Of a stretch of 64,000 nucleotides of DNA, positions 43,577-57,601 are shown in pieces. Each line of letters starts with the position of its first letter. The stretch's first letter is position 1. The notes under the pieces were generated by a model, which was not told the DNA's origin, searched no databases, and worked only from the letters and a program-made list of their open reading frames with translations. Location of the stretch: assembly GCA_951406725.2 (NCBI GenBank), contig OX597822.1:48298001-48362000 (forward strand). Direction: 5' to 3'. Position numbers and translations under genes: made by a program. The stretch is from Octopus vulgaris. Taxonomy: Eukaryota.

Positions 43577-44068
43577 CTTTCCAGAAGTTTATCATTTAAA
43601 TATATATGGGAATTCTGGATATGCAGCTATATGCATGAGAATACATACATAAGATAAAACATACAAATCTGCACACATACATACATACATACATGTTAGT
43701 TAGTTAATACATGCATGCATACAAACAAAAATACCCTGTTGTTGATGCTGAAATTGGATCTAGGTTAGAAACCGGCTCTTTCTCTGTTGGCAAGAAATAT
43801 TGAAATAAAACATACACACACGCACCAAGTGTTCAGGGTGTAAAGGAAAATCTAAAGGGTTGCATTTCAAACATATCAGATGAAGACGATTTTCGCCACA
43901 CCATAACTGCATAATTTGTGCTCCCTCTTGGTGAGCACAATGCAAGCTTCATTAATTAACGATTTTTTAAATTATTAGTTATTTCAACATTTCTGCAAAA
44001 GGGGGCTTGGAAATAACGATTCTTTAAAAGTGTGTATGCGTATGTGCGTGTATGCGCGCAATCGTCTG

Positions 44069-44164
<96 letters not shown>

Positions 44165-44230
44165 CCGCGTGTGTACCGTTGGCGATTTTTTTCCTCTGTC
44201 TTCCCTTCTCTGGATCTTTCCTTCTCCTAT

Positions 44231-44265
44231 GTTTCCGACGAAGAGCTCCGCTCGAAACGTTAAAT
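44231..44265 (+). ncRNA. Minimal hammerhead motif (U4>C variant)
   Basis: gttt CCGACGA a gagc tcc gctc GAAAC GT T aaat; related to 24616-24653. Confidence 0.6.
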
Positions 44266-45149
44266 CCTCCTTCTTTCCTTCTTTCCTGAGCGTCCAATAA
44301 TACTATATTTGTTCCACGTCCTCGCGTTGTTGTGTTTTTTTTGTGCTTTCATGTTTGGATTAACTATATATATATATATATATACATATATTCATATTGA
44401 ATCTATTTATATGGAAAATACAATTATAAATATAAAAAGTATAAAACAAATGTGATAAAATAAATTAATATCCTCATTAGGAAACAAAAGGATTTTTCTA
44501 GAATCTTTTTCACTTCAGACCTTGGAGAAACGATATTACTTCATTTTTGTTACAATTAGAACAATTTGGATACAGTCTTCGGGGTCCACTTGATCACCCT
44601 GCTTTGCTTTTATGTTTATTTGAGTGGAAAGTCCTTGTTCGCAAAGGTAGGCTGTTGCAAAAGGCAGCAACTTTTTTACTGTCTCCTCATTTGCAATTTT
44701 GAAAGCCTTTGCAGCACTTCACATCCAAAAATGTCTCCTAAACACCTCCATTACACTAGAGAGATGCAGCGTTGCCAGAAGAAAAATTTCTGTCCTAACG
44801 AGGAAAACGTTATTTTTTTTATATATATAATTTTACTAATGTCTCCTGAATCCTCATTAGCCCCCAAAATTTCATTTTTACCCCACTTGGGATAATTTGC
44901 CCCGATTCACAGACCCCTGCATTACAGGCAACAGAATATTCTTAATGCTCGATGGTTAACTAGTTTAGCGGACGCTGTCGGCGTCGTCGTCGCCATTGTT
45001 GTTCTAAAAGCTAACAATAATATGTCGGGCATTTTTTGTGCTGCGGATGAAGTCAGTGAGAATGTGTTGTATTCAGTTCTTGCATTCAATTCTTTTATGC
45101 GTGGATATCTTTAAGTAATGTCTGTGAGTATGCATACATGTACATATAG

Positions 45150-45304
45150 AATGGCTGTGTAGTAAGTAGCTTACTTACCAATCACATGGTTCCGAGTTCA
45201 GTCCCACTGCGTGGCACCTCGGCCAAGTGTCTTCTACTATAGCCTCGGGTAGACCAAATCCTTGTGAGTGGATTTGGTAGACGGAAACTGAAAGAAGCCC
45301 GTCG

Positions 45305-45385
<81 letters not shown>

Positions 45386-45610
45386 GTGCGTGTGTTTGTG
45401 TGCCTGTATTTGTCCCCCAACTCAGCATCACTTGACAACCGATGCTGATGTGTTTACGTTCGTGTAGCCTAGCGGTTCGGCAAAAAATACCGATAGAATA
45501 AGTACTAGGCTTACAAAGAATAAATCCTCAGGTCAATTTGTTCGACTGACGGCAGTGCTCCAGCATAGCCGCAGTGAAATGACTGAAACAAATAAAAGAA
45601 TAAAAAGAAT
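45150..45610 (+). mobile_element. SINE family 1, full length
   Basis: tggctgtgtagtaag...gagttcagtccc...internal microsatellite...gactgaaacaaataaaagaat. Confidence 0.85.
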
Positions 45611-45766
45611 ATACATATATATATGTCTATATATTTATGTATGTGTACGTATGTATTTGTATGTATATATGAGTACACACACACACACTCTCACACACAC
45701 ATATACACATAAACAGACATAGCGAAATATATATATGTATATATATGTGTCTGTATATATATACAT

Positions 45767-45853
<87 letters not shown>

Positions 45854-45876
45854 TAGATTGATAGATAGATAGATAT

Positions 45877-45996
<120 letters not shown>

Positions 45997-46247
45997 AGCG
46001 GGTGAGAGAGAAACAAAAAATTGCACTGACGTCAAAGAATTTCGTGTTGGTGGGAACAGAACGGGTAGAGAGGAGGATGAGGGTTGGGTAGGGTTTAGGG
46101 GTGGAATCCATCGTCGAAAATAACATGTCATAGGCGAAAAAACATAATATTGTCTTTAGCAGCGAGTTTGTAAATTGAAACATATGGACTCTCTCACACA
46201 AACACCGACACCATCGCCATCACCACCATCACCATCACCATCACCAT

Positions 46248-46295
<48 letters not shown>

Positions 46296-46509
46296 ATTGC
46301 TGCTGTTGCTACTACTACTGTTGCTGCTGCTGCTACTACCACTACTACTATTATTTCTACAACTGCCACCGCTACCACCGCCTCCACAACCACCACCACG
46401 ACTACTACCAACCCCATTACCTCGACCAGTATCATAATCAGCACCACCAGCACCACCACCAAAGTTTCTGCAGCTACTGCTGCCACTACTACTCTCACTG
46501 CTGCTGCTG

Positions 46510-46547
<38 letters not shown>

Positions 46548-47056
46548 GCTACTGCTACTGCTGCTGCTGCTGCTGCTGCTGCCGCCGCCATTTTTACTGT
46601 TTATATTGCTCATGTTGTTTCAAGGAGGTTCGTTCTAAATGGCATTTTTTTCCTTTCGCCGCATGGTGGAGCGTCGCTGCGTGTATGTGTGTGCATGTAT
46701 AGGTGCGTGTATGTGTGTGGACATGTAGGTGCGTGTATGTGTGCACATGTGTAGGTGCGTGTATGTGTGTGCATGTGAGAAAGTTGTTCTGCCAGTGTTC
46801 CAGTAATACTCTACGTAACATGTCCAATAGTGTTTTTTTTTTTGGGGGGGGGGGGAAGAGACAAAGCAACTCCAGAGATTGTCTTTTTTTCATCTCTCGC
46901 TTGTTTCAGTCATTGAGCTGGGCCAAGCTGGGGCACCGTCTGGATGAGATTATCTGAACAAATCGATCCCAGTTTTAATTTTTAAAAATCTAGTATTTAT
47001 TCTATCGTACTGTTTATATACACATGTATATATATATATGTATGTATATATATGTA

Positions 47057-47122
<66 letters not shown>

Positions 47123-47246
47123 ATATATGTGTATTACCGGTTTCCGCCTTTTAGACTTTTTCAACTTAGAATAAGATAAGAAAAACAATTGAATTGGAGG
47201 AAAAAAATTAAGTGAAATGTTTTGTAAATATTTCCATAGTCTTCAG

Positions 47247-47288
<42 letters not shown>

Positions 47289-47498
47289 CCCCTCTCTCCC
47301 TCTCTCTCCCCCCTCTCTCTCTCTCTCTTCCTTTGTGAATGCCTGGTAGGCTAATTTAGTCGTTTTTCTTATTTTGAAAAAAGTCTAAAATGACGGAAAC
47401 CGGTACTAAAATGTTCTTCATGATAAAATCATTTTAGCATTTTCTACCTTGATCTCATTTTCTTCATACATATCCACTCATGTGTTACTTTTCTACCT

Positions 47499-47543
<45 letters not shown>

Positions 47544-47600
47544 TGTTTAACTGCATGCTAACGCATATAATATAGTTACGCGAGAAATCCTCCATTCATT

Positions 47601-47637
<37 letters not shown>

Positions 47638-47699
47638 TTCAAATATATATATATATATATACACATATATATATACATATAATGTATTGAGTTTCATAT

Positions 47700-48885
47700 A
47701 TACATGACAGAAGTAAATAGGCATCCCATAAATATTTTGTGTTTACTCTAACTTCTAAAGGTTTATATTTTTTATTAACTATTGTCTATGTGACTGTTTA
47801 ATCATGCCATGTAGGAAAACCTTGGAACCGTCTGAATTTCAAAGAGGCCTATTGTGGGTCATTCTGAAGGTTGACATTGTCTGCGTAAAATCGCAGAAAA
47901 CTTTGGGATCTCATTTTCTACAATGAATAGAGTGATTGTGCAATTCGCCAAAGAAGGAGGGGAAGGAGTCCACATCACCTCACCCAGATCACCAGGGCCC
48001 TCTGACAAGACCATTCTCTTTGTTAAGAGAACTGTGAAGGAAAATCCTCGTTGCAGAACAAGTTGATGTCAGTTCCAGAACAAAACTTGGTTGCTATGGC
48101 AGAGCAGCAAGAAGGAACCTACTTCGACATCAAGCGGAAAAAAGATTGAGCCAGTGAGATGGTGGAGGGGCCACTAGCATTTTGGGACACTGTCATATTC
48201 TTTTATGAGTCCAGATTTGCTGTATTTCATAACAATGGTCGAGAGACTCTGTGATCAAGAATTTGATGTGAAAAGATTGCAGCCAACAATGAAACACGGC
48301 AGCTATTCTGTGATAGTCTGGGGAGCAATTTGGAGCAATGCTTGATCAGAGCTGGAGAAGTGCGAGGGAAACATAAACTCAGATAAATATGTGACCATAT
48401 TGTAGAGAGGACTCCTTAAAATCTTCTCCAGTAATGAAATGATTAGAGACGACTTTTTATTTATGGAAGATTGGGCTCCTTGTCACACAGCAAAAATAAC
48501 CCAAGATTTGTTGATTGAGAATGGCATTAAAAAGCTTCCATGGCCAAGCTAGTTACCAGATATGAACCCTATTGAACACCTCTGGGACATAATGGACAGG
48601 AGACTTCATAAAAAGGACAAGAAAGCATCTTCAAGCCAGATCTTTTGAGATTACTGCATGAAACTTGGCAAGAAATTCAGCAAGAGAATATTTGCCATCT
48701 GATCAAGTAACATGCCTAATATGGTCCTTGCATTGAAAAATGCAAAGGGCATGTCTATTAAATATTAAATATTCACATTATAACAATTAATAAATAACTT
48801 GAACATATATTTTCAGATTTAAATCAATTTTAATGATTCAAATTTTAAGAGGAGGAGGTGTCTATTTACTTGTCATGTTCGTGTA
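47700..48885 (+). mobile_element. Tc1 (DD34E) transposon fossil
   Basis: TIRs catgacagaagtaaataggcatc / ggtgtctatttacttgtcatg; motifs [21 protein letters not shown]-x34-E (WPS*LPDMNPIEHLWD); contains stops and frameshifts. Confidence 0.88.
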
Positions 48886-48911
48886 TATTTAAACAAATGC
48901 ATAAATACACG

Positions 48912-48986
<75 letters not shown>

Positions 48987-50254
48987 ACACACAAACACAC
49001 ACACACACACTCATACACACAGATGCAGGCATACATAAATACTTGTTCAAATTATGCTTTTAACCGTTAGAACAATCAATATATAAATGATTAACTCTGG
49101 TCAAAAAAAGAAAGGGAGGCAACTGCACCAAAGCCTTCAATGACGACTAAATACTGCTATACATTCACTGCGGCACACTTATCTGTCTGATCCACGTCCC
49201 TTGACCGTCTATTGACTATAACGGTTACACATATTAACCATACCGTTAATCCGGATTAAAAGGTGTAATGTACGTGTATATTTATAAGACCAGGCTTGTA
49301 TGAGTGCGTGTGTTTATCGCAGCGCGCGCACTCGTGATGGTGACCCAAATCAGTTGGGCGTCAGACAAAAAGTGACTTGTTGCTAACCCATAAATTAGCA
49401 ACAAATGACAGCAACAACGACAACGATGACACGGATATTTCATCTAATACAACTCATTAATCATACCTTAATTAGCATCTGGCTTTCAGTTGACACCATC
49501 ACGTGACAAAAGGTCAATTTTTTGGATTTAGCACGGTCATGTGACTGGGGCAAACAACAGCTTTGCTCTTAACATGGCGTTCAGCACGTAAGAAAAACAA
49601 CAAAACAAAAAGAAACAAACGATGATCGGGATGATGGGGAAGGGGGGATAATAAAAGAAGAGGATTAACCTTTTTCTTGGGGTATTCTCTTTTATGTATG
49701 TATGTATGTGTGTATGTATGTATGTATGTATGTATGTATGTATGTATGTATGTATGTATGTATGTATGCATGTGTGTGTGTATGTGTGTGTGTATGTATG
49801 TATGTATGTGTATGTATGTATGTATGTATGTATGTATATTTGTATGTGGGTGTATGTATGTATGTGTGGATGGTTGTATGCATGTATCTATGTGTGGGTG
49901 TATGTAAGGTATGTATATATGTATGTTTGTATGTGCGTATGTATATATGTATGTATGTGTATATGTATGCATGTATGTGTGTATATGCATGTATGTATGT
50001 AGGTATGTATGTAGGTGTATGCGTGTATATGTGTGTGGGTACATGTATGTATGTGGGTGTATGTGTGTATGTATGTGTATATGTTGTATGCATGAATGTG
50101 CGTATGCATGCGTATGTATGTATGTGCGTATGTATGTGTGTTGGTGGGTATATGTATGTAAGTGTATGTATGTGTGTATGTTTGTATCTATCTGTCTCCC
50201 CTCTTCCAGTATCTGTTCTGCGTATGCCTGCCTCTGTGCGTGTGTGTGAATTCT

Positions 50255-50294
<40 letters not shown>

Positions 50295-50556
50295 CATTTG
50301 TATATGTGTATTTATGCATTTGTATTATATGTACGTATATATGTATATGTATATATATAGGGAAAGTTTACGAAAAAACAACAAAACAACAAAAGACGAA
50401 GACAGGTGGTGTACAAAACAAACAGATGTATTAGTATAACGCTCAGGAATATAAAAAGTCTTTTACGTTTCGAGCCTGCATATATATATTTCATTATATT
50501 TTATGTTTTTTTCCATGGGTGCCTGTAAGTATTTCATTTGTTTCTTATCGTATTTT

Positions 50557-50609
50557 CTACTGAAGAGGGAAGAATCCAAAGGTTTAATCCCGAAATTGAT
50601 TCAATATAG
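50557..50609 (+). ncRNA. Type I hammerhead ribozyme motif, canonical core
   Basis: cta CTGAAGA ggga..tccc GAA attg att caat A tag; G10.1-C11.1 pair present, 4-bp stem III, AUA site. Confidence 0.75.
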
Positions 50610-50829
50610 CAATAACGAACTGCTTAAAAAAATTCTGTTGGCTAGCTTTCCTCGATTTCGCCGCCACGACGTGTATTTATAGTGAATATATAATGGAATG
50701 TGGAAATTGACGATTTAAAATTTTTCTTTTGCCCTTGTTTATAATTTTAACCTTTAAAGCTATTTTGATATGCTGCCACTTTTGATGAAATTTTTTTCTG
50801 AAAACAATTCTATCCTCTGTTAGTAGTAC

Positions 50830-51231
50830 TCTCTCTTTTACTCTTTTACTTGTTTCAGTCATTTGACTGCGGCCATGCTGGAGCACCGCCTTTTTAGTCT
50901 AGCAAATCGACCCCAGGACTTATTCCTGTAAGCCTAGTACTTATTCTATCGGTCTCTTTTGCCGAACTGCTAAGTAACGGGGACGTAAACACACCAGCAT
51001 CGTTTGTCAAGCGATGTTGGGGGGGGACAAACACAGACACACAAACACACATATATATATATATACATATATATATACGACGGGCTTCTTTCAGTTTCCG
51101 TCTACCAAATCCACTCACAAGGCTTTGGACGGCCCGAGGCTATAGTAGAAGACACTTGCCCAAGGTGCCACGCAGTGGGACTGAACCCGGAACCGTGTGA
51201 TTGGTAAGCAAGCTACTTACCACACAGCCAC
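50830..51231 (-). mobile_element. SINE family 1, well-preserved near full-length copy
   Basis: Body and tail complete; tail reads aaggcggtgctccagcatggccgcagtcaaatgactgaaacaagtaaaagagtaaaagag. Confidence 0.88.
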
Positions 51232-51404
51232 TAGTATATATATATATGTTAATAAAATATTTCTCTGTTGTTAAATGTACACACACACACACACACACAC
51301 ATACACACACATATATAAATATATATACGTGCATACATACGTGTGTATGTACATATGTGTGTCCTTGCCTGTATATACCTACCGACACACATATATATAG
51401 ATAT

Positions 51405-51490
51405 GCACCTTGGGCAAGTGTTTTCCATTATAAATTCGAGCAGACCAAAGTCAGTGGATTCGGTAGACAGAAACTGAAAGAAGACTGTCG

Positions 51491-51578
<88 letters not shown>

Positions 51579-51935
51579 CCGAAATTGCAAGGATGATCCG
51601 GTTCTTGACTGAAGATTAGAGGCTTCGAATGACCCGCCCGTGTTTGTGTCGTCTATTTGAGTGTTTTGCGTTCTTGTCCCATTTTGTATTTTTTTATATG
51701 TATTTTTTATACATATATATGTATATATATATGTGTGAGTGTGTGTATGTGCGTGTTTGTATGTGTTTGTGCATGTGTTTCTGTGTGTGTATGTATATGT
51801 GATTGTTCCCCACCGCCGCTTGACAAACCGATGTTGATGTGTTTACATCCCTGTAACCTAGCCGTTCTGTAAAAGCGACCGATAGAATAAGTACCAGGCT
51901 TAACAAAGAAAGCACAAAGTACTGGGGTTGATTTA
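51405..51935 (+). mobile_element. SINE family 1 split by a family-H module (51575-51700)
   Basis: caccttgggcaagtg...gaaactgaaagaag, then (TA)n, module, then cgcttgacaaaccgatg...gatagaataagtacc. Confidence 0.7.
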
Positions 51936-52357
51936 TCCGATTAAAAATAGAAAAACAAATTCTCTCGCATTTTATGCAGAGAATAAAATATTTCCGCTTT
52001 GGGTAAAACGCAGTATAATCGCTTCGCTTCATTCACTGTATGTTGGGGAAAGCGGAGAAGATGGCTGCCTGCAATGTGCGACAAATGGCGAAAAAACAGA
52101 GGAAGAACGAGTAAAGCTATGATCGAAGCGTTGACTTAAAGTTAACCAAAAACTAGGTTAATGTCATTGAACTTAACCTTTTCTGGTTGTATTCATTGTT
52201 GTTGTTGCTGCTGCTGCTGCTGATATTGTTGTTGTTTTTGTTGTTGTTGTTGTTCTTCTTCTTCTTCTTCTTCTTCTTCTTCTTCTTCTTCTTCTTCTTC
52301 TTGATTTTCTGGAGCACTTACAGAAAACAGCACTGCTTGGAATAATAATAACAATAA

Positions 52358-52401
<44 letters not shown>

Positions 52402-52464
52402 GTAATAGTAATAGTAATAATAATATTAATAATAATAATAATAATAATAATAATGATAATAATT

Positions 52465-52686
52465 AAGGCGGCGAGCTTGCAGAATCGTTAGCACACCGGG
52501 CGAAACGCTTAGCAGCATTTCGTCAGTTTTTACATTTTGAGTTCAAATGACATCGGGAGTGGGGGTGAACTTTGCGTTTCATCCTTGCGGGGTCGATACA
52601 TTAAGTACCAGTGAATCACTGAGGTCGATGTAATCGACTGGTCCCCTCCCCCAAAATTCCAGGCCCCCTGCCTATAGTAGAAAGGA
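52465..52686 (+). mobile_element. SINE family 3
   Basis: aaggcggcgagcttgcagaatcgttagc...gagttcaaat...tttcatcctt.cggggtcgata; homolog of 35605-35817. Confidence 0.8.
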
Positions 52687-52713
52687 TTATTATTATTATT
52701 ATTATTGTTGTTG

Positions 52714-52789
<76 letters not shown>

Positions 52790-53464
52790 GCAGTAGTTTT
52801 ATATTTATAGCGTACTTTCACTTCACTACCGAGCGCAGCTCTGTGTGTCTTGGATATGTGCTGTGGTTTGCTGTGATGCTCTTATGGTTACTGTATTGAA
52901 AGTGTTTTGCGTAGGATGTGTGCATGCCTTGTAGTGCAATTTTCTGTATGTTATATATATTTGTAAGTCCTGGTGTTTTTGTTATGTATTTGTCTGAATA
53001 CTTTTTTATCATACCTAATGCGCCCACTATGATAGGAATTGTTTCTGCTTTTGGATTCCACTCTATTTCCAGGTCTTTGTATTTTAAAAGTTTCTCCTTT
53101 GGTTTGAGAGAAACATTGTCATTTGCTGGTACTGATACATCAATCAGAAAGCAGTTTTTTTTCTTCTTGATCTCTGATAACAATATCTAATCTATTGGCC
53201 TTAATTTCTCTATCTGTGTGTATTGGCAAATCCCAAAGTATGGTTGCTTTCTCGTTTTCTGTGCCCTTTTCTGGTGTGTGCCTATACTATCTTTTTTCTG
53301 ATGTTATTCCATAGTGTTGGCATAGCTTCTAGTGTATGTAGGTCCCAACTCTGTCGTGTCTGTGAATATATTCCTTCTTAGCCAGGATTGGGCTGCCAGA
53401 GATAATATGATTTATTGTTTCTTGTCCATCTCCACATATTGTGCAGTTACTTGCTATGTTTCTC

Positions 53465-53465
<1 letters not shown>
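52790..53465 (-). pseudogene. R4/Dong-like non-LTR 3' fragment (zinc knuckle + restriction-like endonuclease)
   Basis: CTICGDGQETINHIISG...YIHRHD...ILWDLPIHTDREIKANR.D...LIDVSVP...EKLLKYKDL...IPIIVGALG; (TAA)n on both sides. Confidence 0.85.
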
Positions 53466-53537
<72 letters not shown>

Positions 53538-54245
53538 CATCATCATCATCATCATGGCTATATAATATGATTATTAAAGACAAACTTCCTTAGGGCTGTA
53601 AAAAGAGATACACACACACGCGCACACACACACTCACGTGCGCACACACATACACATTTTTCTATGTATGTGTGTCTATTCATTAACGCTTATTTTCTAA
53701 CAATGTTCTGGCTTAGTTCTGGTGTCATTTCAGTTTATAAGGGAGGTTACCACGCAAGAGATGGGGTACACAATGCAGTCACGCTGTTAACGGGACATTA
53801 ACTAGGATTATGAGAAAGTGTGACTGTGTATAATGGACGGATGTTTCGTTCGGAGGTTTGAGTGTGTGTGTCTGTGTGTGTGTGTGTGTATGCATATATA
53901 TGTGAATCATGCCTCTATATGTGTATTGTGTGTGTATGTGTGCTCGTGTGTTCAATGGTGTCGACCATTCAACAACGGTGCAGTTGGTTTAGTTTCTATG
54001 ATACACGTCTCTAATCAAGTCTTTTGCTAAACAAGTACAACTTCGGAATATTCATGCATATATACATACTTGCATACATACATACATACATACATTCATA
54101 CATACATACATACATACATACATACATACATACATACATACACACACATATATATGCATCCATATATATACTGATATATCCGCATATAAATGGGTATATA
54201 TATACACACACGTATATCACGTGATATATATTGCATATATTTTGT

Positions 54246-54314
<69 letters not shown>

Positions 54315-54354
54315 GTATGCTTGGCATATACTGTAGTTATATAAATATATATAT

Positions 54355-56952
54355 ACTCTTTTACTCTTTTACTCTTTTACTTGTTTCAGCCATCCGGCTG
54401 AGGCCATGCTGGGGCACCGCCCTTGTTGCTACCCTCTCTAAGTCCAGTTTGCCGTGGCTGGCCACTGATCTAAGAGAGAGTTTGTAGCTGCTGCCCTTAG
54501 GTTACCTTCGTACCTTGCAGTGGGTTCATCTGGGATCCCGGAAAGCAGCTTGTCTAGATGTTTTTCGCAGTCTCTTGTCCGGAATGTCCTCAGGATCCAG
54601 CCAGTGAGTCGTCTGCACATTGTCGCCACCTTCGCGATGTGTGAAGAAAAAGATGCATCGTCACTCATGTCTATCCCCAGGTCCCGTATTGATTTCGATA
54701 CTGGGATTTCGATCCCTCCTGGACCAGTATAGTTGTGTTGTAATGTATATGTGTTTACAGCTTGATATTGTAAGGCTTGAAATTTACCAGCATTAAATTG
54801 CATGTTGTTGTCTTCAGCCCATTTGTATATGGCATCCAGATCTTGTTGTAAAAGGTCAGCATCAGCTGGGTTTTTGATTGCCTGTGCTACCTTTGTGTCA
54901 TCAGCATAGCTAGTGAGGGATGTTGTTTGTGCTACCAAGAGCATGTCAGAGAGCGCCACCAAAAACAGCAAGGGTCCCAAGACTGTGCCCTGTGGCACCC
55001 CGCTTGCTATTGGTGTCTTTCCCGAGAGGGCTCCATTGGCTGCAACCATCTGGCTTCTGTCCTTCAGGAAGTCATGTATCCACTCACCTACTTTTCCTGT
55101 TATGCCGAGTCTGAGTAATTTGTGACATATCACTCCGTGGTCGACTTTGTCAAAGGCCTTCGCAAAGTCGAGATATACCACATCCACCTGTGAGCGATCC
55201 AGTAGTTGTTTCAGTACCCTGTCGTAGTGTTGTAACAGCTGCGTAAGGCAGCTTCTTCCTGGGCGAAAGCCATGCTGTGTGTCAGTGAGACGGTTAGTTT
55301 CTTCGAGGAACGTGATCAGTTTTTTTCTGATGATTCGTTCCATGACCTTACTTATGTGTGACGTCAGGGAGACTGGCCTGTAGTTTTTGGCCTCTGCTCT
55401 ACTCCCTCCTTTGTGGATAGGGCATATGGTGCCTTCTTTTAGCGCCCTGGGCAGTTTACCGTTAGCCAAGGAACCACTGAAGAGCCTCTTCAGTGGTCCC
55501 GCTAGGGCATGCCTACATGTTTTTAGGAGGACTGCTGGGAATCCATCTGGTCCAGCAGCTGAGTTTATTCTCATTTCTTCTATGGCAGATATTACATCCC
55601 TCTCTGTTATGTCTATGTGGTCGATGGTTGTTGTTTGGTTTTGGAGTGTTGTGGCATCAAAGAAAACTTCTGGGTTTGTGATTTGCATGTGCCCCAGAGG
55701 GGATGTGAACACACTTTTATACTGTTCCTTTAGTATTTCACTTATCCCTTGGGGGTCCTCAGTTAGAGAGCCCTTTTTATCAAAGAGTGGGCCAATCTTG
55801 CAGTGTACCGAGGTGGTTTCTTTCGCAAATTTAAAGAAGGCTTTAGGGTTTGTTTTAATATTCTCTATGGCCCTGGCTTCTCTCTCTGCCCTCTCCTTCT
55901 CATAGGAAAGTTTGAGTGCAGTTTCCGTTTCAAAAAGTTTCAGGTGGAGTCCCTCATTGTTTCTCTGCCGTGCATTCAGTTGCTTCGAGAGCTTAGCTCT
56001 TCGCCTCATAAGTATTTTCCTGTCTCTGGGAATAACGTTCCTATGCCCGCTGGCTTTTTTCTCCGGGACAAACTTATGGCATATGTTCTGTATTGTTGTC
56101 ATGAAATGTTGGAAATGTGTGTTGGTGTCTTGTGTGGTGATGAAGTCACTCCAGTCATGTTTTCGGATCTCTTCGTTGATCTTCTTCCAGTTTGCCTTAT
56201 GGAAGTTTAGACTGGATAGGCCTGTGGTATTTTCTAATGGCTGCGTCTCAACTAACTCTCTCATACCATATATCATTACCTCTACTAAGTTGTGATCTGA
56301 GAGAATTGTTGGTGTTACCATTATGTTGTGGATGAGCATCGGGTTGCTTGTGAAACAGAGGTCCAAGACATTCTCACCTCTTGTTGGCCAAAGCACTGCT
56401 TGCTCCATGAAAAACTTGCGTGTGAGAGCCAACAAGGACTCTGTCTGTCTCTGTTCAAGTGATGTCATTCCAGGGAGGAGATGGCCATCTGGCCATTTGA
56501 CTTTCGGAAGGTTAAAATCTCCCAGCAGTAGAATGGTGTTACCCTGGTCCAGTTTGTCCAGGACTTCTTCTATTCTTCTGAGGCTATCTTCAAACACTCC
56601 TTCATGACTAGGGGTGTCTGGTGGCCGATATGTGACACATATTACTATTTTCGGTTGTTTCATGTGTACTATCAGTGTGTCACAGACTGAGTTTAAGTGT
56701 GTCAACAGTACTATGGGTGTGACATCTTCACGGACGTACAGGGCAACCCCACCATGAGTTCTTTCCTTCCTGTCCGACCGAAAAACAGTATAATTCGGTA
56801 TGTGTATTTCTGCATCTGCTATACTGCTTGACAGGTGCGTTTCAGTCAGCGCTATGCATATTGCATGGTTGCTTGTGCTCAAGTCCCTAAGGTAAGGAAT
56901 TTTACCCATATTAGTGGGTTTCACCAGACCTCTGACATTCAGCAGAAGCACT
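54355..56952 (-). mobile_element. CR1-type LINE, ORF2-only copy
   Basis: ORF2 plus short 3' UTR ending (gtaaaaga)x3; flanked by ~55-bp direct repeats. Confidence 0.9.
54438..56952 (-). CDS. LINE ORF2: AP endonuclease + reverse transcriptase, open but with an apparent C-terminal internal deletion
   Basis: LNVRGL, LTETHL, YRPP, LGDFN, SDHN (APE); NYRPVSLTS, QHGFRPGRSC, LDFAKAFDKV, GVPQGTVLGP, YADDTK (RT). The track's Met at 56981 lies in flanking repeat. Confidence 0.9.
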
Positions 56953-57149
56953 GTATATGTATATGTATGTATGCTTGGCATATATTGTAGTTATATATAT
57001 AAATATATATATATAGTTTGATTTGAAAACCACACTAGAATGGGAGACAGCGCTAATGATCTAAGTGATATGATATATATATAAAAAAAGTAAAATATAA
57101 ATAAATATCTGTAAATATAAACCATCCGATCTTCTGAGTACCTCATTTC

Positions 57150-57207
<58 letters not shown>

Positions 57208-57510
57208 ATATAGACATTTACATATATATATAATATTTACATACATACATACATACATATGTACATGTATATATAAATATATATAGTGTGCATTGTTTCT
57301 AAATTATGGACAACTGACCGACATATATATATATATTCTTGGCATATATTATAGTTATATATATATATATTTATTATATATATATTATATATATATATGT
57401 GTATGCTTGGCATATATTATAGTTATATATATATATATATATATATTACTCTACCACTGGTATTTGAGTACTCTTTTTTCCACCTTGTTTCACATTTATG
57501 TGTTTACTCC

Positions 57511-57547
<37 letters not shown>

Positions 57548-57601
57548 GATATATATCTTATATATATATATATATATATATATGCTTGGCATATTTTATA
57601 G

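Noticed and set aside
54520-56607. Several plus-strand ORFs
   Set aside because: Antisense shadows of LINE ORF2.
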